Assembly: GCA_963663865.1 (NCBI GenBank)
Contig: OY760686.1
Coordinates: 1,376,001-1,440,000 of the forward strand
DNA length: 64,000 bases
From: Spirochaetota bacterium
Lineage (GTDB): Bacteria; Spirochaetota; UBA4802; UBA5550
Direction: 5' to 3'
The notes below the pieces were generated by a model. The model was given only the letters and a program-made list of their open reading frames with translations, was not told the origin of the DNA and searched no databases. Positions 1 to 8,202 of the stretch are shown here, piece after piece (positions within the stretch are counted from its first letter, which is position 1; each line of letters starts with the position of its first letter). The translations under genes were made by a program, and so were the position numbers.

Positions 1-1
1 G

Positions 2-1435
2 CAGACGCTTCTTTCGGAATTTATTAAAAGGGGCGAGGCTGAACATATAGCTGGTTTTATTGATGACGATAAGGCTCTTTGCGGTTCCCTGATAGAGGAA
101 AAGCAGGTGCTTGGTTCTTCTGAGGATATATCAGCTATTATTCATATGTACTCTATTACCGAAGTTATAATCGCGATGCCATCCGCTTCCGGCGTGAAGA
201 TCAATTCGCTTGTTAATGCTATTACGGCCAAAGATCCCGATACGGTAGTGCATATAGTGCCATCAGCAGAAAGGTATTTCGAATCTGTTCCTCTTTATCC
301 TTCCCTGCAGGAAATATCATTTTTCGACCTGACCGGAAGAGATGAATGCGTGATAAACGCATCCAGAATTAGCGGGAAAGTTAAGGGTAAAACTGTTCTT
401 GTGACGGGGGCTGGAGGAAGCATAGGCTCGGAGATATGCAGGCAGCTTTTGAAGTTTTCTCCGCGCAAAATTGCCTGCGTAGGGAAGGGTGAGAATTCAA
501 TATACAACCTTGCGCTAATCATGCAGGATTATACGGAATACATGGAAAATCCACCGGAGATTTCTTATTATATTGGCGATGTCAGAGACAGAATGAGAAT
601 GGAGCAGGTCTTTACACAGGCCAGGCCTGACGTTGTCTTCCACGCGGCAGCTCACAAGCATGTTCCTCTCATGGAGTACAATGAGGCCGAGGCCGTTCAA
701 AACAATGTATTAGGGACTCTTAACATGCTTGAACTCTCTGCTGAGTTTTCAGTTGAAAATTTTGTCCTTATTTCTACTGATAAGGCCGTCAGGCCTGCTA
801 ATGTGATGGGAGCTACCAAGCGGCTGGCTGAACTTCTTACCGGCTATTATTCTGAGGTCAAGGGCTTGCGAACAGCGATAGTAAGGTTCGGAAATGTTAT
901 TGGAAGCAGAGGTTCCGTTATTCCTCTTTTTGTCAGCCAGATCAGGAATGGAGGTCCGGTAACCGTGACACATCCGGAGGTGACCAGGTACTTTATGAGT
1001 ATTCCCGAGGCCTCGCTTCTTGTGATCAATGCCGCTGCCATTTCGGAAGGCGGAGAGATTTACGTCCTGGACATGGGTGAGCAGTTTAAAGTCAGCGATA
1101 TAGCAGAGAGACTCATAAGGCTTCATGGATACGAGCCTGGCAAGGACATTGATGTAGTTTACACCGGGCTGCGTCCTGGAGAAAAACTTTATGAAGAACT
1201 CTTTTACGATCCCTCACTGATGAGGAGAACATCCAACGACAGAATTTTTGAACTCAGCAGGGATTCTATTGTCACTGAACGGTCAAGTATTGAAACCTTT
1301 ATTAGGGGGGGATATGACTCTCTGCATAAACTCGGTCCGAATGAGATCCGGGAGTTTCTAGCGCGTTATGTTCCGGAGTACAATTATCGAGTCCCGGATG
1401 AAGATTGCAGATTGAAAACAAGGATAGTAAATTAG
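2..1435 (+). CDS. Nucleoside-diphosphate sugar epimerase/4,6-dehydratase (CapD/PglF/WbpM family), 5'-truncated by window edge
   Basis: Motifs VTGAGGSIGSE, FHAAAHKHVP, ISTDKAV, MGATKR, RFGNVIGSRGSVIP and GLRPGEKLYEEL; frame is open from position 2 (...GFIDDD...). Confidence 0.93.
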   Translation, partial: QTLLSEFIKRGEAEHIAGFIDDDKALCGSLIEEKQVLGSSEDISAIIHMYSITEVIIAMPSASGVKINSLVNAITAKDPDTVVHIVPSAERYFESVPLYPSLQEISFFDLTGRDECVINASRISGKVKGKTVLVTGAGGSIGSEICRQLLKFSPRKIACVGKGENSIYNLALIMQDYTEYMENPPEISYYIGDVRDRMRMEQVFTQARPDVVFHAAAHKHVPLMEYNEAEAVQNNVLGTLNMLELSAEFSVENFVLISTDKAVRPANVMGATKRLAELLTGYYSEVKGLRTAIVRFGNVIGSRGSVIPLFVSQIRNGGPVTVTHPEVTRYFMSIPEASLLVINAAAISEGGEIYVLDMGEQFKVSDIAERLIRLHGYEPGKDIDVVYTGLRPGEKLYEELFYDPSLMRRTSNDRIFELSRDSIVTERSSIETFIRGGYDSLHKLGPNEIREFLARYVPEYNYRVPDEDCRLKTRIVN

Positions 1436-1456
1436 CAGCACATGGAGGAGATGATT

Positions 1457-2599
1457 ATGCCAACAGAAAGGGCTGAAAATGTTAAGCCGTTTATAGTAAT
1501 GGATATATTGGCCAGGGCGGGTGAGCTTGAGAAGGCCGGCGAGAGTGTAATACACTTTGAGGTCGGAGAGCCCGATTTTGATACCCCTGAATCCGTTAAA
1601 GAGGCCGCAATAGAAGCCATCAGAGCTGGTAAAACACATTATACCCATGCGATGGGCATGCCAGAGTTAAGGCAGGCCATCTGTGATCATTACCATAAGG
1701 AGTACGGAGTCAGCGTTACCCCTGACAGAATACTCGTCACATCGGGGACTTCGCCCGCGCTGTTTCTTACCATGATGGCGCTTGTTGAAAAGGGAGAAGA
1801 AGTAATAATATCGAATCCGGGTTATGCGTGCTACCCAAATTTTGTGGAGGGCGCCGGTGGGAAAGCTATTGAGGTCATAACGCGTGCTGAAGATGGTTTT
1901 GTTTTTACGCCTGATTCAATAAAAGAGGTTATTTCAGACAGGACGAGGGGCATTCTGATTAATTCGCCGTCAAATCCTACAGGTGTTGTTATGAGCGGCA
2001 GCGATCTTTCACGGATAGCCTCATTCGAAAACCTGTATTTAATCTCAGACGAAATCTATCACGGGCTGTCATACTGCGGCAGAGCTGACACTATACTTCA
2101 ATACACTGACCGTGCTTTCGTTGTAAACGGGTTTTCAAAGCTATACGCTATGACAGGCTGGAGGCTCGGGTATGTTATTTTCCCCTCAGAATTTTCCAGG
2201 GCTATGGAAAGGATACACCAGAGCTTCATGATTTCAGCTAACAGCTTTGTCCAGATAGCGGGAATTTCTGCGCTTAAAAACACCGCTGTTGATATTCAAA
2301 ATATGAGAGAAACCTACGATAAAAGACGAAGGTTTATGATTGATGGTCTTAAAGCAATCGGTCTCAAAATTCACAGAGAGCCTACAGGAGCTTTTTATAT
2401 ATTTGCCGATATCAGGCATATCAGTATTGATTCATACGCTGAGGCCTATAATATCCTCGAAAAGGCGAGGGTCGGCGTAACTCCCGGAATTGATTTTGGC
2501 TCCGGAGGCGAGGGATTTCTGCGGTTCAGCTATGCAACATCAATGGATAATATTAAAGAGGGCCTCAATCGTCTGGGTAAGTACTTCGCAGAAAGATGA
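1457..2599 (+). CDS. PLP-dependent aminotransferase class I/II (aspartate aminotransferase-like)
   Basis: GEPDFDTP, NSPSNPTG, SDEIY, GFSKLYAMTGWRLGY (PLP Lys). GGAGGAG at 1444-1450 favours ATG 1457; ORF track starts at 1442. Confidence 0.92.
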   Translation: MPTERAENVKPFIVMDILARAGELEKAGESVIHFEVGEPDFDTPESVKEAAIEAIRAGKTHYTHAMGMPELRQAICDHYHKEYGVSVTPDRILVTSGTSPALFLTMMALVEKGEEVIISNPGYACYPNFVEGAGGKAIEVITRAEDGFVFTPDSIKEVISDRTRGILINSPSNPTGVVMSGSDLSRIASFENLYLISDEIYHGLSYCGRADTILQYTDRAFVVNGFSKLYAMTGWRLGYVIFPSEFSRAMERIHQSFMISANSFVQIAGISALKNTAVDIQNMRETYDKRRRFMIDGLKAIGLKIHREPTGAFYIFADIRHISIDSYAEAYNILEKARVGVTPGIDFGSGGEGFLRFSYATSMDNIKEGLNRLGKYFAER

Positions 2600-2622
2600 G
2601 GCCCGGCATAAAAGCGAACTTT

Positions 2623-3171
2623 TTAAAAAATCATTACCGAACAGAATCCGCTGACGGAGTCTACGCTTGTGTGGTTGACATAGTCGTCATATCTCGGGTT
2701 TTCTCCGTCTCCGTAGTACTCAGGGATTTGAGGGTCACTCCACTCGTCTTCGGGTTTTTCGTCAAAGGTAATAATAGCAGCTCTGACGAAGTATTCACCC
2801 CTCATGTCAGGATCGGAGGGAACCTCAACCGATATGCTTGCTCCTCTGCTTGAAGCTGCCGCGAGCGAAGAGTTGTCGTTGAAAGTAATCCAGGACGGAA
2901 GGCTGAGGGCCGTGTACTCGCTGGCAGCTATGACCTTGTATTCGGAATACTCGTTCCAGGGTTCAATGGTCATGTATATCTCCCATCCTGCAAAGTGTTC
3001 CGGTGCTGTTTCTTCCCAGCTTACTGTGAGAGTGGAAGCGCCGTCATGTTCAGCTTCTATGGAAAAGCTTGCTCTCTCTGTAAGAGCGCCTTCAAGCATG
3101 TCTATGCCGTAAGAGCAGGAAATAAGGGGTGTTACGAATATGATTAAAAAAGGCAGTAATATTATTTTCAT
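2623..3171 (-). CDS. Hypothetical lipoprotein
   Basis: Hydrophobic N-terminus with lipobox-like LISC; acidic, beta-rich body; co-oriented with the 3204-4523 gene. Confidence 0.7.
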   Translation of the reverse strand: MKIILLPFLIIFVTPLISCSYGIDMLEGALTERASFSIEAEHDGASTLTVSWEETAPEHFAGWEIYMTIEPWNEYSEYKVIAASEYTALSLPSWITFNDNSSLAAASSRGASISVEVPSDPDMRGEYFVRAAIITFDEKPEDEWSDPQIPEYYGDGENPRYDDYVNHTSVDSVSGFCSVMIF

Positions 3172-3203
3172 GATTATTTCTCCAGATAAAATGTCGATAC
3201 GGC

Positions 3204-4523
3204 TCAGGCTGTCGGTTCCTGTTTTGCTTCTTTTTCCTTCTCTTTTTCTTTTTCGGTTTTTCCCGTACTGAACGAGACGTTAAACTGAAGGTCAACAGAG
3301 AACTTGTCAATGGTTTCTATGAGCCTCTCAAGCTCCTTTGCTTCGTTAAATCCAGCTTTGATCATTGCACCGCCATAGGGAGCCTTGAATTCAAGCGAGT
3401 AAAAGAACCCGTGAGCACGGTACTTGCTGCTGTCGCTGTGAACAGGCATTGCTTCGTGATAGAAGTTGCTGTATCCAATTGTTGAAATAAGTTCTGAGCC
3501 GGGTTTTGAATAAAAATGGTTAAAAGCAATCTCTGCAGACAGCTTCCGTAGCGGGCTTAAGTCAAGCTCCTCTCCCGTCCTCTTTTCAATGAGGGTTTCG
3601 CTTACATATTGGAACTCCGCTTCAGCTGACAACCGGAGCATATTGTTTATGTTTTCTTTAAGTCCGATTGAGCCAGTATAAAGATCGGCGCTTTCTTTTG
3701 TGTAGTCTGATCCGCTTTTGGCGCTGTTAACCCAGACTGCGTCGTAAAGCTCATCATTGTAGAGACCGACCTGTTTGTAGCCAAGGCTGAGTACAGGCAC
3801 GTAAGGATTAATTATTTTGAGGAACATTTCCGCAAGATTGTTTACATTTACTATAACCTCAGTCTTTTCAATGTTGCTTTCTTTAAGGGAAAAGCGCGTG
3901 TCGAGAAACGACAGCACGTTTGAGGAGAAAAACCATCTGTAAGATGTGGAGCCTTCAGAGCCGAAGTAGTCCATGGTTCCATCATCTGACGGTTCAATGG
4001 ATTTGTTAACCAGAATTCCGCCGTGCAGATACACATAACCCTTCCACACGAAGCTTCCAGCAAAAATATCGTCAAAAAACTGAGAGTATTTGTAATCGGT
4101 TACGCTTGAGTCTCCAGCTTCTCCTCGGTCGATCTCTGTTTTGCGGGTCAGGCCGTAGTGATAACCTGTTGTATTGAATCCCAGGAGGATTGTGTTTGCA
4201 TTGTTAAGAGGGTGAAGGTAAGTCAGACCGCCGTAAGTCCTTATGAGACGCATAGATACCGGCACATTCTCTCCTGTCTCCCGGCTTGGACTGTATATCT
4301 GGAAGTCATGGACCCAGTTAATCTTTCCGAAGAAGTCAAAATTCCACTCTGATTCCTGGATAAGAGCCCATCTTTCAAAAAAAATTGATTCAACCGTCTC
4401 GCTTCGGGCGACCGAATTGTGGAGAGTTGAGGCCTCGTAAGGCGCCGCCAGAAGGGAGGACTTGATAAGACAAATTGCTGCAGCTGTCAGCAGCAGAGAA
4501 GAGAGTTTCTTTAAGTAATCCAT
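3204..4523 (-). CDS. Hypothetical exported protein, possibly an outer-membrane beta-barrel
   Basis: Signal peptide (LLLTAAAICLIKSSLLA); aromatic-rich alternating beta-strand patterns; 439 aa. Confidence 0.65.
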   Translation of the reverse strand: MDYLKKLSSLLLTAAAICLIKSSLLAAPYEASTLHNSVARSETVESIFFERWALIQESEWNFDFFGKINWVHDFQIYSPSRETGENVPVSMRLIRTYGGLTYLHPLNNANTILLGFNTTGYHYGLTRKTEIDRGEAGDSSVTDYKYSQFFDDIFAGSFVWKGYVYLHGGILVNKSIEPSDDGTMDYFGSEGSTSYRWFFSSNVLSFLDTRFSLKESNIEKTEVIVNVNNLAEMFLKIINPYVPVLSLGYKQVGLYNDELYDAVWVNSAKSGSDYTKESADLYTGSIGLKENINNMLRLSAEAEFQYVSETLIEKRTGEELDLSPLRKLSAEIAFNHFYSKPGSELISTIGYSNFYHEAMPVHSDSSKYRAHGFFYSLEFKAPYGGAMIKAGFNEAKELERLIETIDKFSVDLQFNVSFSTGKTEKEKEKEKEAKQEPTA

Positions 4524-4974
4524 TGTTTACATCCGTTAGTTCAATAAATTTTTTTTTGATATTTTGGACACAAAATTTCTGTTTTGTCAAGAAGAAATAG
4601 CCTGATTGGGCTTTTAAGCCGGTTATATTTTTTTTGCTGAAGTATGGAAAAAAATAATAACTTTTAGCAGAGGCGTGGATAAAGTTCTTTACAAAATAAA
4701 AAATGCTGATTCAAATTATACATAAAATGTTCAGTAATTTAATTAACCCGGTTCGGCAGGAAGTCGGGGAAGGTGATCCTCGAATTGCTTCTTACCGCAG
4801 GCATATTAAACGACTGAAAGCAAATCAGCTGGAGGCCGTGCGCAGTTAAAAGTACAATAATCTATTTACATCAGACATATCGTTTTTTTTCATTCCCGCT
4901 TTCTTTAAGTCTTTAGTCTTCAACTGCCGGTTGAATGTAGCTGAAATCTACGCAACTAACTAGGAGGATAGCTA

Positions 4975-7083
4975 ATGCTGAAGGAGTACAAAACAGGCCA
5001 GATCAGAAATGTAGCGATTATTGGTCACGGAAGCACCGGGAAGTCAACGCTTTTTGAGTCAATGCTGTTTGTTGGCGGCTCAATTGAGAAAATGGGCAGC
5101 CATGAATCAGGTACACTCACTTCCGATTTTGATGAGGATGAGAAGAAACGCAAAATATCAATTCGAAGCTCCATGGGCTTTGTGGAATTCGAAGATGTTA
5201 AAATCAATATTATAGACACACCCGGCATTTCAGATTTTACCGGTGAAGCAATGGCAGCTCTGCAGGCCTCGGAGTGCGCAATACTTGTTGTTGATTCAGT
5301 CGATGGAGTTCAGATTGAAACAGAGAAGTGGTGGCGCTATCTTAAATCGAACAATATTCCCCGAATAATCTTCGTTAACAAAATGGACAGAGAAAGGGCC
5401 TCCTATGAAAAGGTCACCGCCAGTCTAAAAGATAACCTCACAAAGGATATTGCTGTCCTGTGCTTCCCAGTAGGAGAGGCCGAGACTTTCAGCGGGGTCG
5501 TAGACATTACGCACATGAAGCTTATGACGCCTATCGGAGACGGCAGGAGGGTTAACATCCAACCGCTTCCCGAAGAACACAGAAAGCATGCCGAAGACGA
5601 GTGGCAGCAGCTGATGGAACTCGCCGCAGAAGGCGATGATGAGCTAATAGAAAAGTTTTTGGACGGTGGTGAACTTAATGAAGGTGAGATCGAACGAGGA
5701 ATCCGGGAAAGGGTAGATGATGCAAAGCTGACTGCGGTTATATGTGGCTCAGCGCTGAAGGTAACAGGAATAACCAATCTCTTGAAGGTTATAAAGGATT
5801 TTGCTCCTGCACCTGTAATAGGGAAAAAGTACAGGGCTGTTAAGAAGAATGATAAATCACCTGCAGAAATAACCTGCGATCCGGACGCTGCTCCTTCAGC
5901 CGTGGTATGGAAAACCTATATCGACCAGTATGCCGGAAGGTTTAACTATATTAAAGCCATATCCGGAGTCTTTACACCGGAAATGGAGGTTCTGAATCCA
6001 TCGCGTGAGCAAAAGGAGAGAATCGGCAAGCTGTATTCCCTCTGCGGAAACAGGCAGGTCGAACTGCCGGCTCTTTGCGCCGGAGACCTGGGTGTAGTTG
6101 TAAAGCTTGAAAAAACATGCACTGGAAATACCCTGTGCGCTCCTTCATGCGAGGCGGTTTTTGATTTTATGAAACTGCCCAGCCCGGTTTACTCGTACGC
6201 AGTTGAACCGCAAAACAAGGGAGATGTCGATAAAATTGGCCTTTTCTTTACGAAGGCTGCTGAGGAAAATCCCACTATAAAATATGAGTTTAACGCCGAG
6301 ACTCACGAGAGCGTCCTGTCGGGAATGGGCGAGATGCAGCTGTCCATACTTCTGCAGAACCTGAAGGACAAGATGAAAATTGACGTTAACACCCGTGAAC
6401 CAGGGGTGGCATACAGAGAGACAATAAACATTGAGGCGGAATCAAATTACAGGCACAAAAAACAGTCGGGAGGACATGGGCAATTCGGTGAAGTCTTTAT
6501 CCGGCTTAAGCCCCTGCCGAGAGGTGAAGGTTTTAAGTTTACGGAATCGCTGTTCGGAGGGGCCATACCCAGGCAGTATGTTCCCGGAGTTGAGAAAGGT
6601 ATAGTTGAGGCCATGCATGAAGGAGTCCTCGGAAAATTTCCGGTCGTAGACGTTGCTGTCGATCTCTATGACGGGAAATATCACGATGTCGATTCTTCAG
6701 AAATGGCATTTAAGATTGCCGCGAGGCAGGCCTTCAAAGAAGGCATGGAAAAGGCAAAGCCTCAGCTTCTGGAACCAGTTATGAATGTCAGCATTTATGT
6801 TGATAAACAGTTTATGGGCGACATCCTTAGTGATATAACGAGCCGAAGAGGAAAGGTTATAGGGATGGACAGTGAGGAGTCTGAGGGAAGCGTTTCGGTC
6901 GTAAAAGCCACTGTACCACTTTCAGAGATGCAGAGATATGCCATCGATCTTCGTTCGATGACCCAGGGTAAGGCCACCTTTGAGATGTCGTTTTCCCACT
7001 ATGATCCAATATCCGGAAAAGACGCTGAAAATGTGTTGTCCACCAGGAAGAAATTTTTAGATGAACTGTCGGCTGAAAAATAA
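4975..7083 (+). CDS. fusA: Elongation factor G paralog (EF-G2 / EF-G II type)
   Basis: GHGSTGKST, DTPG, NKMD, KKQSGGHGQFGEV, YHDVDSSEMAFK, LLEPVM; AGGAGG-type RBS; isolated from the str operon. Confidence 0.92.
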   Translation: MLKEYKTGQIRNVAIIGHGSTGKSTLFESMLFVGGSIEKMGSHESGTLTSDFDEDEKKRKISIRSSMGFVEFEDVKINIIDTPGISDFTGEAMAALQASECAILVVDSVDGVQIETEKWWRYLKSNNIPRIIFVNKMDRERASYEKVTASLKDNLTKDIAVLCFPVGEAETFSGVVDITHMKLMTPIGDGRRVNIQPLPEEHRKHAEDEWQQLMELAAEGDDELIEKFLDGGELNEGEIERGIRERVDDAKLTAVICGSALKVTGITNLLKVIKDFAPAPVIGKKYRAVKKNDKSPAEITCDPDAAPSAVVWKTYIDQYAGRFNYIKAISGVFTPEMEVLNPSREQKERIGKLYSLCGNRQVELPALCAGDLGVVVKLEKTCTGNTLCAPSCEAVFDFMKLPSPVYSYAVEPQNKGDVDKIGLFFTKAAEENPTIKYEFNAETHESVLSGMGEMQLSILLQNLKDKMKIDVNTREPGVAYRETINIEAESNYRHKKQSGGHGQFGEVFIRLKPLPRGEGFKFTESLFGGAIPRQYVPGVEKGIVEAMHEGVLGKFPVVDVAVDLYDGKYHDVDSSEMAFKIAARQAFKEGMEKAKPQLLEPVMNVSIYVDKQFMGDILSDITSRRGKVIGMDSEESEGSVSVVKATVPLSEMQRYAIDLRSMTQGKATFEMSFSHYDPISGKDAENVLSTRKKFLDELSAEK

Positions 7084-7090
7084 GAAAGAT

Positions 7091-7120
7091 AGAGGGCCGG
7101 ACGTAATATCCGGCCCTCTT
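7091..7120 (+). terminator. Stem-loop after fusA paralog
   Basis: AGAGGGCCGGA-cgtaata-TCCGGCCCTCT inverted repeat 7 nt after the stop codon. Confidence 0.7.
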
Positions 7121-7295
7121 GTAACAAAAGGTCCTGCCGTTACACCTACAGTTCATAATATAAGAGAAACGCCCTGTCAGTTCTGGTGATTCAACTCTAT
7201 AATGAGATAACAGCTCCACTGATGACGTTCTACATATCCATAATGTGCTTGATTTACGGGGGCAGAGCGTTAATCAGGGCTTGAGGGCCGAAAAC

Positions 7296-8162
7296 ATGAA
7301 TCATTCAGAATATAAAAACGCCATACCTCTCAGTCTGCTTATACTTGTATCCTTCTTTCTGCATTTCACCATGTTTTTTACTGTGAGTCTTCCCGAGTTG
7401 AAACGCCTTCCGTCCATAGACGACATACTTTCCGCAGACGGAGACGGCCGTCCGAAATTTATTGCTGCGAATATTAATCAGGATGATAGACGTCAAATAA
7501 GCAGAAGAACTCTTCTTTCCGACAGGGACTCGACGGAGAAGGGCTACATAACAAAAACCAGGGGCGAAACCTGGTACAGCGGCTCAAGCGATATTAATCT
7601 TTCAGCTGCCGGACAGGGTAAGGGCCGGAGCAGTGTCAGAAGCAGTGAGATGAGGAAATACTCCGTGATACAGAGTGATGAGTCTGCGATGACGATGAGC
7701 ATTGTGAAGCCGGAGGAAATCGACAGAAGCGGCGACGGCTCAGCGGGGAAGCTTGTAATACCTGACAGCTCTCAGGTAAGCCGGTCGAACAGCCTTTACT
7801 ATTCAAGCTCAGGACAGTTTTCATTGAATACGGTGAAGTTCAAACACTATGAGTTCGCGAAACAAATCGTTGATAAAATTCGTTCGAACTGGTACCCGCC
7901 CATAATGGCGAATGTCGCTATCGGAGGTTACGGGGCTGGAGCTGTAAGGGTCAGGGCGATTCCCCCTCAGGATGTAAAGACATACTTTGTTCTTAACCGT
8001 TCAGGTGATGTGTTGAGTTACGGTATAATTGACTCATACGGGAACAGAAGCCTTGATGATGCCTGTCTGGATTCCATAAGGATGTCGAAAAACTTCGGCA
8101 GGGTGCCCGACGACATTAAAGGCGACAGGGTTTTGATACCGTTTATTTTTATTTACAGGTGA
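7296..8162 (+). CDS. TonB/TolA C-terminal domain membrane protein
   Basis: N-terminal anchor with SFFLH (S-x-x-x-H TonB motif); C-terminal KIRSNWYPP...SYGNRSLDDACLDSI...IPFIFIY. Confidence 0.75.
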   Translation: MNHSEYKNAIPLSLLILVSFFLHFTMFFTVSLPELKRLPSIDDILSADGDGRPKFIAANINQDDRRQISRRTLLSDRDSTEKGYITKTRGETWYSGSSDINLSAAGQGKGRSSVRSSEMRKYSVIQSDESAMTMSIVKPEEIDRSGDGSAGKLVIPDSSQVSRSNSLYYSSSGQFSLNTVKFKHYEFAKQIVDKIRSNWYPPIMANVAIGGYGAGAVRVRAIPPQDVKTYFVLNRSGDVLSYGIIDSYGNRSLDDACLDSIRMSKNFGRVPDDIKGDRVLIPFIFIYR

Positions 8163-8168
8163 AACATT

Positions 8169-8192
8169 GCGGCCCGGCTGTCTGCGGGCCGC
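8169..8192. terminator. Hairpin between convergent genes
   Basis: GCGGCCCG-gctgtctg-CGGGCCGC. Confidence 0.55.
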
Positions 8193-8202
8193 GTTCCTGA
8201 GA

